A stretch of 64,000 bases of DNA from Candidatus Pacearchaeota archaeon (GTDB taxonomy: Archaea > Nanobdellota > Nanobdellia > Pacearchaeales > GW2011-AR1), in NCBI GenBank assembly GCA_018303845.1, contig JAGVXH010000004.1:261165-325164 (forward strand), given 5' to 3'. A program made the translations under genes and the position numbers. Shown here one piece after another: positions 19,439 to 28,452 of this stretch. The notes under the pieces are model-generated. The model made no database searches. It was not told the origin of the DNA and worked only from the letters and a program-made list of their open reading frames with translations. Numbering within the stretch: position 1 is the stretch's first letter; each line of letters begins with the position of its first letter.

Positions 19439-20149
19439 TCATTGCTTTTTCTTTTTAGGCTTAACATCTATCCCAGAAACATCACCAATGGTTTTATCGA
19501 ACTGCCCTAGCGCGGCAATCCTTTGATTGTGTCTAGTTCTAGCCTGTTCAATCTCTCCTTCAAGCGCCCACCTATTGCCCTCTTTCCTAAACAGACCAAT
19601 AAAGAAAAACATAAAGCAAGCTCCAACAAACCCTATAAAATAATACCAAGCACCTTCTCCTGTAGCTTTATTCCATTCAACAACAGAAAATGTAAGATAA
19701 TAAAGCGCAAAAAAAACCCATGTACCTTTAGCTAAGGCCAAGCTATCAACTTTTATACTAAACCAAAAAATTATAGCGAATGGAATAATCGCAAGAATAG
19801 CCGCTCCCATTGCTCCGTAACCAGCTGCAAAAGAAGAGATAGCTTCCATGGGAATTCCAACCATAGCCAAGAAAGTTACAGATCCAGTAATCGTCCACTG
19901 AACCCATATCGGGCTTCCAACAAAAAAAGTAGAAATCACACTAAAGATAACCATTCCCAAAAGAATAGCATATACCCACCCGACATAATCCCCACTATTT
20001 GCTGAAAGATCTGTAAATTTAAGGTTCTCTGCTCCCCAGCTTTTAACAGAAGAGAAAGTTTCTGTAAATGGGTTGGCAAAAACTCCGCTCATCATCGAAA
20101 ATAAAAATAACCCCAAAATCCCTAGCGTCAAAAACCTCTTCATGTTCAT
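19439..20149 (-). CDS. membrane protein, member 4 of the 5-gene cluster
   Basis: Start placed at MNMKRFLTLGILGLFLFSMMSGVFA; the tracked ORF extends to 20188. ATGEGAWYYF motif and a charged, coiled-coil-like tail ending KPKKKKQ. Confidence 0.6.
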   Translation of the reverse strand: MNMKRFLTLGILGLFLFSMMSGVFANPFTETFSSVKSWGAENLKFTDLSANSGDYVGWVYAILLGMVIFSVISTFFVGSPIWVQWTITGSVTFLAMVGIPMEAISSFAAGYGAMGAAILAIIPFAIIFWFSIKVDSLALAKGTWVFFALYYLTFSVVEWNKATGEGAWYYFIGFVGACFMFFFIGLFRKEGNRWALEGEIEQARTRHNQRIAALGQFDKTIGDVSGIDVKPKKKKQ

Positions 20150-20224
20150 ACTAAATCCAACATTACAATTCTTTATAAATATTACCACACTAAATTATAT
20201 AAACCAAATAATACTAAAATCAAT

Positions 20225-21013
20225 ATGAAAAAGAGCAAACTCCCATCATTTCTTATTCCCTGTTTATTGTTTTTTGCCTCACTAGTTCGCGCAGGTCCAG
20301 TAGAAGGCGTCGAGCAACTCTTAGGCGGATTAGGCCAAGTAATAGTAATCATAATCCAATTCGTCTCCGACACAATTTTAGACATAAATTCATTTGACGA
20401 ATTCCTTTTCGCAAAATTAGTATTTTTTATCTTAATCTCCCTAGTGATTTACGTAACGATAGACAAGAACAATTTCTTTGGAAACAACAAAACAATTGTA
20501 AAAATAATAACACTTACAATATCGATTCTCGCCGTAAGGTTTATCCCAGACGAATTAATCCAAGTAGTCTTTTTACAATATAGCACACTAGGCGTGGCAG
20601 TAGGAATGTTTCTGCCTTTCATAACAATGCTTTTTTTCTTACACCAATCAGAGCTCGGACCATTGCCAAGAAAGATAGGCTGGTTTCTCTACGGAGTTTC
20701 TTATCTTGCAATTTTTTCTTACACGTACATAGACCTAACGGGAATGGCAGGCTACATCTATTGGACAGGAATAGCCGGAATCGCTATGGCTTTCTTTTTT
20801 GACAGACAAATCCACGCGGCATTCGGGAGTGTGTCTCTTCAAGAAGCGAAGAGGGGATTTGAATCACAAAGGTATGCCGATATTCAAACAAGGATAGATA
20901 ATATTTCAACTCAGCTTTCAAGCGGAAATTTACCGTATAGTGTTCGTGTAAATCTCGAGAAAAGGAAGGCCTATTTTGAAAAAGAATTATTAAAAATTAT
21001 GAAAAGTCTTTAA
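20225..21013 (+). CDS. membrane protein, member 5 of the 5-gene cluster
   Basis: MKKSKLPSFLIPCLLFFASLVRA signal-like N-terminus, several TM segments, and a C-terminal tail of about 70 aa that is charged and helical. Confidence 0.6.
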   Translation: MKKSKLPSFLIPCLLFFASLVRAGPVEGVEQLLGGLGQVIVIIIQFVSDTILDINSFDEFLFAKLVFFILISLVIYVTIDKNNFFGNNKTIVKIITLTISILAVRFIPDELIQVVFLQYSTLGVAVGMFLPFITMLFFLHQSELGPLPRKIGWFLYGVSYLAIFSYTYIDLTGMAGYIYWTGIAGIAMAFFFDRQIHAAFGSVSLQEAKRGFESQRYADIQTRIDNISTQLSSGNLPYSVRVNLEKRKAYFEKELLKIMKSL

Positions 21014-21051
21014 TTCTAAAAATAATATTTCTAAAGCAATAACCAATCCAC

Positions 21052-21330
21052 TTATTTTACCTTTCTATATCCAACAACCCTTCTCGATCTACCAACTCCT
21101 TCATAAATCGGAACCTCGTCCTCTCCATTCTTTCCTTTTCGTCCACCTTTATCCATCAAAGCAATAAAAATTCCAATCCCAACCAACGCTAATCCAACCC
21201 CGCTAACATATTTTGTAGGCACGATATTTAAAATCTCCCACTTCACAGGAATCATATTAAACCCAACGGCCATAACCCCAAGTCCAGCAATAGACACAGC
21301 ATATCCAGTCACTCCCTTCATAATTAACAT
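21052..21330 (-). CDS. small 2-TM protein with basic tail
   Basis: 92 aa with two hydrophobic helices, then GGRKGKNGEDEVP...RRVVGYRKVK. Confidence 0.45.
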   Translation of the reverse strand: MLIMKGVTGYAVSIAGLGVMAVGFNMIPVKWEILNIVPTKYVSGVGLALVGIGIFIALMDKGGRKGKNGEDEVPIYEGVGRSRRVVGYRKVK

Positions 21331-21371
21331 AGTTTACCATTATTTATAAAATCTTCTCTTCTTAAAATAAT

Positions 21372-21629
21372 ATGAAAAATCACTTCCTATTAGACGTTCG
21401 AACCCAAGAAGAATTCAACGAGTCTCACATCCCAGGCTCAACACTAATTCCCCTAAATGAAATCCCAGCCAACCTAGAAAAACTTCGCAAAATCTCAAAA
21501 CCAATCCTAATCATCTGCCGCTCCGGTTCCCGTGCCCACGCCGCCCAAGACTACCTAAAAAACCAAGGAATAACAAACACTAAAGTCCTCGAAGGCGGAA
21601 TCCTAAAACACGGTACTGAATATCAATAA
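21372..21629 (+). CDS. rhodanese-domain protein (single domain)
   Basis: LLDVRTQEEFNESHIPGS..IPL....PILIICRSGSRAHAAQDYLKNQG contains the active-site loop C-R-S-G-S-R. Confidence 0.8.
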   Translation: MKNHFLLDVRTQEEFNESHIPGSTLIPLNEIPANLEKLRKISKPILIICRSGSRAHAAQDYLKNQGITNTKVLEGGILKHGTEYQ

Positions 21630-21660
21630 AACATATAAACGAGAAATATATATTTCAATT

Positions 21661-22341
21661 ATGTGCGAACTAATTCCCTTTCAAGCAAAATCAAATATAG
21701 AAACACATTCAAAACATTATCCCTTCCTATTATCGTCAACGCACGGCAAAGCATATCTAGGACTAGTGCTGAATGGATATGGATTTATATTTTCAAAGAA
21801 TTTAAATCAATCTTTAGGACAAAATGGACTCGCAAAAACATTATATCAAAAAATAATACATCCCGAAAAAAATCAATTCCATAAAAGAGAATGGCAATCA
21901 ATTTCAGAGTTAGAAGAAAATCTTGATATCTTCGAAGTTGTTCTTTGTCAATCGAACAAACCATTAACAAAAAAAGAATTAGGGCAAAAACAAGAAAAAC
22001 AAAAAATAGACAGGGTAAGCTTTACATCTTTCCCTCAAAGATTTTACACCTGTTCAATAGATTGGGGACATAGGATAAATCCAGAAGAGTTATTTGATTA
22101 TCTATACTATAGAGATATAACGCCAAAAGAATTTCTAAAAGAAAAAGTAAGGATAAAGATAAAAAACAGTAAAAAAAAATTTATGCCACAATTATTAAGT
22201 CCATTTGAGACATTAGAATGTTTAGCTTCTCCTGAAATAAGAGATAGTATAGAATACAAACCAAATTTCGAAAAAATAAAATGTTATTATGGAACAATGC
22301 AAAGATATACACCAGAAATGAAAGTTCCAAAAAGAATGTAA
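21661..22341 (+). CDS. hypothetical protein
   Basis: 226 aa ORF with no motif I recognise. Confidence 0.4.
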   Translation: MCELIPFQAKSNIETHSKHYPFLLSSTHGKAYLGLVLNGYGFIFSKNLNQSLGQNGLAKTLYQKIIHPEKNQFHKREWQSISELEENLDIFEVVLCQSNKPLTKKELGQKQEKQKIDRVSFTSFPQRFYTCSIDWGHRINPEELFDYLYYRDITPKEFLKEKVRIKIKNSKKKFMPQLLSPFETLECLASPEIRDSIEYKPNFEKIKCYYGTMQRYTPEMKVPKRM

Positions 22342-22539
22342 TGATAAAATTCACTTTTTCAACAACGTGTCCGCAATGTTTGCGTGTAATTATTTAGTAT
22401 CCATTCCCAAGACAATTTCCCGCCCAAGTTAATCTCGCCTCTTAAGTTAAAATCTAAAAATTCATTCTAATTAATAAAATCAAAATAACATCAAACAGAC
22501 CCCACAAAAATTTATAAACGAATATAACCAAATAACTCC

Positions 22540-22725
22540 ATGAATAAATACCTAGAAATACTAATCGGACTGGTTCTCTTACTTGCTCCAATCTATATGT
22601 GGATTGCAAACACAGCAGAATTCGGAACCGCAGCAACACTCTTCCTAAAAGGTGGCCTAGTATGGCTATTCCTTGGAATCGGTGCAATGTTCTTAATTAT
22701 CGGCATAAGCGACCTAAAAGATTAG
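22540..22725 (+). CDS. small 2-TM protein
   Basis: 61 aa with two hydrophobic helices. The antisense ORF 22454-22687 is less plausible. Confidence 0.4.
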   Translation: MNKYLEILIGLVLLLAPIYMWIANTAEFGTAATLFLKGGLVWLFLGIGAMFLIIGISDLKD

Positions 22726-22769
22726 TGAATAACAATAATCCCTTTAAACCTTAAATAGCATAGCGGCGC

Positions 22770-24020
22770 ATGGATAATTTATGTATAAGGTGCAAGGGGA
22801 AAGGATTATGCGGTTACCCGTGCAGAATTCTGGCCAGATTCAAAGACAATGCCCCAAAACCAAAACTTCACTTCTCCGGCAAATCAGCACCTGAACTTTT
22901 CGTCGGAAGAATCGGCTACCCTTACATCAACGCCGGAATCCTAACGCCTCAAGACAACGACAACATCTCAAGCTTTCCCTCGGCGGAAGAATGGTCAACC
23001 CAAAATTTTTCCATAGCAAATGTCCTAAGACTCCGAGGTCAACTAATTTACGGCAAAGCACAAACCCACATAAAAATCCCAGACAAAATAAAACAAGTTA
23101 CCCAAGAGTTAGCATTATCATCAAAACCAGTCTCAACCGAAATCTTCCTAAAGAAAAAACCAACAATGCAATTTACAGTAGACAAAGTTTTCCAGCCAAT
23201 GACAAACCCAGCGCCTCTAATAAAAGCAGTCCTCGAAGAAAACCCCTTCGTCCCAAAACAAGTAGACTACCTAATCAATGACACCGATGCAAAGTCAGTA
23301 GACGTAATTAACGAACTCTACAAAGACAAAATAAAAATAGACCATCTCCAAAAACTTTTATCAATCGGACTCCTAGGGAAAAGGGCAAATCGCAGAATGG
23401 TTCCAACAAGATGGAGCATAACAGCAACCGACGACACAATATCAAAAGAACATCTAAAAAAAATAAGATACTTTGGGCAGTTAAATCAAATAACATTATA
23501 TTCAGGAAATTTCCTAGGTAACTATATCGAAGCGTTACTTCTCCCCGGCTCGTTTGCATTCGAAGCAATAGAATCATGGCAAGAAGGTTCCACTTACGCT
23601 CCAGAAGAAGCCGAACAAGTCGGATCCAAACCCCCAAACCCCCAAACCCCCAAACCCCCAAAATTTTTAATATCTCAGGACTATGAAAATTTCAGTGGTC
23701 GCAAGGCTTACGCGTTCAATGTCACAGGAGGCTACTACGCAATGCGCCTTCCCCTAACCGAACACCTAATGAAAATACAAAGACAAGCAAGTGTTCTAAT
23801 ATTTCGAGAAATTAAGCCAGAATATTATGCGCCTCTAGGAGTAGGAATAGTTCGAGAAACAGCCAAGAGAACATTTTCTAATCTACCAAAACATTTTAAT
23901 ACAATAGAAGAAGTATTAAGTGATATGCAAACAAGAATAGAAACTCCAATAGAAACCATAAAACAAAAATCCTGGCTTCTAAGCAACTACGGAAAACAAA
24001 AAACAATTTTCGATTTCTAA
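22770..24020 (+). CDS. nre: Nre-family (DUF650/DUF651) archaeal DNA-repair-associated protein
   Basis: N-terminal CIRCKGKGLCGYPC zinc-like cluster, ELFVGRIGYPYINAGILTP, and RRMVPTRWSITATDD. Contains the in-frame (CCCCCAAA)4 insert encoding KPPNPQTPKPPK. Confidence 0.65.
   Translation: MDNLCIRCKGKGLCGYPCRILARFKDNAPKPKLHFSGKSAPELFVGRIGYPYINAGILTPQDNDNISSFPSAEEWSTQNFSIANVLRLRGQLIYGKAQTHIKIPDKIKQVTQELALSSKPVSTEIFLKKKPTMQFTVDKVFQPMTNPAPLIKAVLEENPFVPKQVDYLINDTDAKSVDVINELYKDKIKIDHLQKLLSIGLLGKRANRRMVPTRWSITATDDTISKEHLKKIRYFGQLNQITLYSGNFLGNYIEALLLPGSFAFEAIESWQEGSTYAPEEAEQVGSKPPNPQTPKPPKFLISQDYENFSGRKAYAFNVTGGYYAMRLPLTEHLMKIQRQASVLIFREIKPEYYAPLGVGIVRETAKRTFSNLPKHFNTIEEVLSDMQTRIETPIETIKQKSWLLSNYGKQKTIFDF
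23626..23663. repeat. (CCCCCAAA)4 tandem repeat inside nre
   Basis: Direct reading gives ccaaacccccaaacccccaaacccccaaacccccaaaa. The G-rich strand is the minus strand. Confidence 0.95.
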
Positions 24021-24057
24021 TAGAAACAGATAAAAAATCAAATATTTTAAAATACTA

Positions 24058-24558
24058 ATGAGTCTAAAAAAATCTTCTCAAAAAGTTGAAGCTTTTCTTC
24101 AAATTCATAACATCCCAGCAGAAATAATGGAGTTCCAGGAAACCACGAAAACCTCTCATGATGCAGCAAAGCAAATAGGTTGCAAGCTCGGGCAAATAGC
24201 AAAATCTCTAATCTTTCAAAAGCAAAATACCAATGAATTAATTTTAATAGTAGCAAGCGGAAAAAATATGGTAGATACACAAAAGGTAGAAAAAATTATC
24301 AACGATAAAATAAAACGAGCAGACCCAACCTTCATCAAACAAGAAACAGGATTTGTGATTGGAGGAGTTCCTCCCTTCGCCCATAATAAAAAACTCGAGA
24401 CTATCCTAGATAAAGACCTAGAAAATTATGAAGAAATATGGGCGGCAGCAGGAACCCCAAACTCAGTTTTTAGATTAACGCCAATTAAACTACAGCAACT
24501 AACAAAAGCAAAATTTCAAGATATAAAAAAATTGACTCAATCTCTTGTAAATTCATAA
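24058..24558 (+). CDS. YbaK/EbsC-type aminoacyl-tRNA editing domain protein
   Basis: GQIAKSLIFQ....LILIVASGKNMVDTQKV......GFVIGGVPPFAH is the YbaK/ProX pattern. 166 aa. Confidence 0.75.
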   Translation: MSLKKSSQKVEAFLQIHNIPAEIMEFQETTKTSHDAAKQIGCKLGQIAKSLIFQKQNTNELILIVASGKNMVDTQKVEKIINDKIKRADPTFIKQETGFVIGGVPPFAHNKKLETILDKDLENYEEIWAAAGTPNSVFRLTPIKLQQLTKAKFQDIKKLTQSLVNS

Positions 24559-24604
24559 ACAAATATTTTCCTATAATCACAATACACTAGAAAATAATAT
24601 ACAG

Positions 24605-24991
24605 TTAGATTTCGTTATCTAAAACAATCATTTTAAATCCAGGCTCCAAATCCATTCTCTCAAGCCCCATTTTAACTCGAACCATCTCGGCTGAAGCGAT
24701 ACAAGCATTTCTATAATTAGAAATAAAAGAAATCTCTCCCTCTTCAATTCTTGGAAGAAGGCGAACATTAATAATAGCAATTCCATATTTAGTATTATAA
24801 TTCATTTTCCCCAATATGGAAATCGTTAAAGAATTGCTTCTTTTATGGTAAAAGCCGCTCTCTTCACTTTCATATCCTTTATCTTTTAATAACCCAGTTC
24901 CAGCAAGCATTTCTCTATGAAATTTTTCAATTAAGAGGTATTGCTCTTTAACAAAATCCATCTTCCAGTACTCAGGAAACATCCTATTCAT
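24605..24991 (-). CDS. hypothetical protein
   Basis: 128 aa ORF with composition discordant with neighbouring minus-strand genes. Confidence 0.4.
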   Translation of the reverse strand: MNRMFPEYWKMDFVKEQYLLIEKFHREMLAGTGLLKDKGYESEESGFYHKRSNSLTISILGKMNYNTKYGIAIINVRLLPRIEEGEISFISNYRNACIASAEMVRVKMGLERMDLEPGFKMIVLDNEI

Positions 24992-25041
24992 AAACTTAAA
25001 TAAGAGAATATCCTTTTAATTGTTTATATTCTAAATTATAA

Positions 25042-25647
25042 TCAACCACCTAACCCAATCAACATCCCCTCAATAATCCCAGCCATAACAAGCAAAGGAA
25101 AAACAACAAAAACAAAAAACCTCAGGCCCTCTCTAAAAACATATTCAACATCTCTTTCTCTACTTAATCCCCCAAACCCCCAAACCCCCAAACCCCCGAC
25201 TTCGGCCCCCAGCCGAAGTCCCATCCCAATAGAAAACAAAACAGCCGGCAACTCGAAAATCCCATGAGGGAAAATCTTCCACATCGTCAAAATACCCTCC
25301 TGAACAACAGCCTCTCGTGCAACAAATCCAAGCAAATACCCATTAACAATACAAACCACGACAGGCAAAATCCCAAGCCCAATTCCAAAAACAAAAGCCA
25401 TAAAACTCGCCTTCAAATTATTTAAAAAAATAAAGCCAATCAATTCTAAGGTAGAAAGTCCCTCAAGCTCCGCCATCAGCATCTTAATCATCTCAATAAT
25501 CTCAGTCCTGAAAAAAACAGGAAAAGCAAACCCAATTAAAAAAAACAAACTGAATAACCCAAGAGCTACAACAAAAAACCATCGGCATTCCAAGAAAAAT
25601 CTCCAACACTTACTATAATTCTCAATAAAAAATCCTCTTCTCTTCAT
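25042..25647 (-). CDS. SpoIIM-like (DUF95) integral membrane protein
   Basis: FIFLNNLKASFMAFVFGIGLGILP....NGYLLGF and FPHGIFELPAVLFS motifs. Carries the in-frame repeat-derived insert GGLGVWGFGGLSRE. Confidence 0.65.
   Translation of the reverse strand: MKRRGFFIENYSKCWRFFLECRWFFVVALGLFSLFFLIGFAFPVFFRTEIIEMIKMLMAELEGLSTLELIGFIFLNNLKASFMAFVFGIGLGILPVVVCIVNGYLLGFVAREAVVQEGILTMWKIFPHGIFELPAVLFSIGMGLRLGAEVGGLGVWGFGGLSRERDVEYVFREGLRFFVFVVFPLLVMAGIIEGMLIGLGG
25169..25220. repeat. (CCCCCAAA)3CCCCC followed by a perfect 9-bp hairpin, in frame in the SpoIIM-like gene
   Basis: C-run at 25169-25197. Stem gacttcggc (25198-25206) pairs with gccgaagtc (25212-25220). Confidence 0.9.
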
Positions 25648-25789
25648 GATTAGGTATGAGTTAGGAACTATATAAAATTACTCCAAACACAAAATGGCAA
25701 CCTATGGTAACCATTATGGAAAACAAAAAAATCGCTATAGGTCATTTAAATCCAAATCCTAAAAACATCTATCCGTCAAAATATCTTCC

Positions 25790-25848
25790 ACCAAACCAAA
25801 CCCTCAAACCCCCCCTCGAGATATTTTTTATCGACTAAAATATCTCGA
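25790..25848. repeat. CCAAACC/C7 run followed by a perfect 12-bp hairpin at the rhomboid 3' end
   Basis: ccaaaccaaaccctcaaaccccccc at 25790-25815. Stem tcgagatatttt (25816-25827) pairs with aaaatatctcga (25837-25848). The reconstructed rhomboid stop (25828-25830) lies in the loop. Confidence 0.9.
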
Positions 25849-26489
25849 TATCATCTCTGTTTTCTTAGGAAACTTCATTTTCAAATAAAATCCATATCCA
25901 AGTCCAACAAGTAATCCGCCAAGATGCGCAGTATTCCCAATCGGCAACCCAAGTCCTAAAGACAATGCCCAAAGCGAATAATAAAGAAAACTAAAACAGG
26001 AAGCTTGGGAGTTAACACAGCCAAAAGTCCACCCAAAGCAAAAACAGCGCCACTAGCACCGACGGCATAAACATCCATATCAATCCCGCTAAAGTGAGCG
26101 ATCAAAACAAAAAACAACCCAGCAAAAAGTCCGCCACCCATATATAACCAAAGAAACCTTTTCCTCCCAATCAACTTCTCGACGAAACTTCCGATAAACA
26201 TTAACGAAACCATATTCACAAACAGATGCCCAAGACTGGCATGCATAAACATACTCGTAATAAAAGTCCAAAGTCCTTTGCCCGACAAAATATTAGCAGG
26301 CATCAATGCAACCCAAGAAATAGCAGAATCTTCACTTGTGACCGTAATCAGAATTAAAAAACAAAGAAAGGCTACAACATTAGCTGCAATCAAAATACTA
26401 GTATAAGAAAAATCAGGGCTAATACTTCTCTTCTTCAACGGGCGCCGAACAACATTTCCATTAGATTTTTGTTTAAACCATTGTCCCAT
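25828..26489 (-). pseudogene. rhomboid intramembrane serine protease, reading frame broken by a 1-nt indel (or a sequence error)
   Basis: The tracked ORF (25956-26489) has HxxxN (GHLFVNM) and GASGA but stops at ..FFIIRFGHCL*. The next frame continues ..LWALSLGLGLPIGNTAHLGGLLVGLGYGFYLK...* with the catalytic His motif. The shift lies near 25974-25980. Confidence 0.7.
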
Positions 26490-27299
26490 TTACTTTGTCC
26501 CAGAAAGCTTCTTCTTCAGTTTATTCGCCAAACTCAAACTTTTTTCTCCGCCTGCTTTCTTCACAACCTTCTTCACAACCTTCTTCACAACCTTCTTCAC
26601 AACCTTCTTCACAACCTTCTTCACAACCTTCTTCTCTTCTTTTTTGCTATCGGCAATATTTTTTCTAGCAACAGCCCTAGCAGTTTTAATTAAATCAGTT
26701 TTTTCTTTCTTCTCCTTATCTAATTTAGACTCGGCTCTCTTCCTGGAAGTTTCCGATTTCTTCCTAACAACTTCAAGCTCCCCATGAATCAAATCCAAAT
26801 TCTTTTTAATTCGAGCAATTTTCATTTTAACTTCACGAATAGGTTTTGTATTATCACTTAATTCATAAATATCTGCACATTCTTCACAGCTAAACCCATG
26901 CTCCAAAGCTTTCTCCTCGCCAACTTCAATATCACAAGACTTACAAACATAAAACCGCTTCGTTTCTCGACTACCAAGTGCTCCTTCAAGCGATGCAATT
27001 TTTCCAATCAAAGAACTCTCTAGCTTTGCCAAGCATTTTTCCGCATCTAATGTCCAGTAATAAATATACCAACCTTTCCTCTTATCTTTTTTTCTAATAA
27101 ATGAAACCAAATTATCAGCCGATAATTTATATAAAATATTTCTAACTTGATTAATCGTCAACTCCATTTTTTTTGCAATCAAAAATTCATTAACATCTTT
27201 CTTCCTAAATAAAATCTCGACAATCCTACCAGTTCCCTCTCCGGCCATTTCCTCGACGAGATCATGTAGAAGTTTAACTTGCATTTCAAACAAAATCAA
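26490..27299 (-). CDS. tfe: transcription factor E, alpha subunit (TFIIE-alpha homolog)
   Basis: N-terminal winged helix (EFLIAKKMELTINQVRNILYKLSADNLV..RKGWYIYYW) and Zn ribbon (C-K-S-C...C-E-E-C). The C-terminal K/V-rich tail contains a 12-nt repeat. Confidence 0.8.
   Translation of the reverse strand: MILFEMQVKLLHDLVEEMAGEGTGRIVEILFRKKDVNEFLIAKKMELTINQVRNILYKLSADNLVSFIRKKDKRKGWYIYYWTLDAEKCLAKLESSLIGKIASLEGALGSRETKRFYVCKSCDIEVGEEKALEHGFSCEECADIYELSDNTKPIREVKMKIARIKKNLDLIHGELEVVRKKSETSRKRAESKLDKEKKEKTDLIKTARAVARKNIADSKKEEKKVVKKVVKKVVKKVVKKVVKKVVKKAGGEKSLSLANKLKKKLSGTK
26557..26628. repeat. 6 perfect copies of the 12-nt unit ttcttcacaacc, encoding (VVKK)6 in the TFE tail
   Basis: Direct reading of the sequence. 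Confidence 0.95.
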
Positions 27300-27425
27300 A
27301 ATTCATTTATATACCTTTCTTTTTATCGAATAAATTTTATCCAGCAAATGTAACAAAATTTAATTATGGCTCTTTCTGAATAGTGTAGTCATTAGAAAAT
27401 TACTATAAACCTATAAAAAAGAACC

Positions 27426-28070
27426 ATGCCAATTAACATTATGGGGTTATTCAAAAAAAAAGAAGGAATACCAACTATTCCGACATCGTCATCTCTTCCG
27501 CCTCTTCCGTCAATTAGTGATGAGCCAATAAAAAGAGACCTTCCAGGATTACCATCTTTCCCAACGGGGTTCAAGAATACAAATCTTAATCAAGAAATGG
27601 TAAAATCTGCGGTGTCAGATATGCCATCTCCTGAGGAAGAAGAGGAATACGCGGAAGCTCCAGAAAGTTTTAACGTAGAAGAAGAGCCCGAAGAAGAACT
27701 AAAAAATTTTCAACGACCCCTTATTCGAAGTTCAATTCCAGAACCTCCAAAGCCAATTCTCCCATCCAAACCTAAGCCCGCAAGATTACAAATTCCATCA
27801 GCTCCAGTAGTTCCAACCCACCTCCAACAATCCCCAATTCCGAACCTGAGAACAAATGAACCTATCTTTATAAGAATCGATAAATTCCAAGCAGCACAAA
27901 AAAACTTTGAAGAAATAAAATCAAAAATAACAGAAATGGAATCGGTTCTTCAAAAAATAATAGAAGTAAAGGCTCAAGAAGAAGAAGAACTAAAAGGTTG
28001 GACCGAAGATGTAGAGAAACTTAAAATTAGGCTCTCGGAAATAGACAGCAACATCTTCAGTCAACTCTAA
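27426..28070 (+). CDS. hypothetical Pro-rich / C-terminal coiled-coil protein
   Basis: 214 aa with a disordered P/S/E-rich first half, then PIFIRIDKFQAAQKNFEEIKSKI... in a helical heptad-like pattern. Confidence 0.45.
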   Translation: MPINIMGLFKKKEGIPTIPTSSSLPPLPSISDEPIKRDLPGLPSFPTGFKNTNLNQEMVKSAVSDMPSPEEEEEYAEAPESFNVEEEPEEELKNFQRPLIRSSIPEPPKPILPSKPKPARLQIPSAPVVPTHLQQSPIPNLRTNEPIFIRIDKFQAAQKNFEEIKSKITEMESVLQKIIEVKAQEEEELKGWTEDVEKLKIRLSEIDSNIFSQL

Positions 28071-28074
28071 AGTT

Positions 28075-28452
28075 ATGGCTTCCGCAGAGGAACTCTTCAT
28101 CTCGGTTTCTCCTCAATTTTACAGGCAGAGTAAGTCCTCAGGACTAATGAGTCAGGCTGAACTTCTCCATTCCTTAAAACATCTCAGAAACCTATCAGTT
28201 CTCGCTCGCCAAAAAAACGATCTTAGAAAAAACTTCCATAAATTATTATCTTCGACACTAAAACAAATTAACGCAATTCAAGATAAAATGCCAACGCCAC
28301 AAATTCCAAAAACAATTTTAAGACATGAGGAGCAACTCTCAAAATCAAAGCTAGAACCAAGGCCAGAAGTCAAGAAAACATTTTCAAAACGAGACGAGAT
28401 TGAAGAAGAGCTCTTATTGATACAGGCCAAACTTAAGGAACTAAATTCTTAA
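28075..28452 (+). CDS. hypothetical coiled-coil protein
   Basis: 125 aa, starting 4 nt after the previous gene. Its last codons lie in the first copy of the 55-bp tandem repeat. Confidence 0.45.
   Translation: MASAEELFISVSPQFYRQSKSSGLMSQAELLHSLKHLRNLSVLARQKNDLRKNFHKLLSSTLKQINAIQDKMPTPQIPKTILRHEEQLSKSKLEPRPEVKKTFSKRDEIEEELLLIQAKLKELNS

Noticed and set aside
23626-23663. (CCCCCAAA)n as a telomere or the end of a linear replicon.
   Set aside because: The tracts are internal, short (3-4 units) and lie in frame within ORFs or next to gene ends. Nothing indicates a chromosome end.
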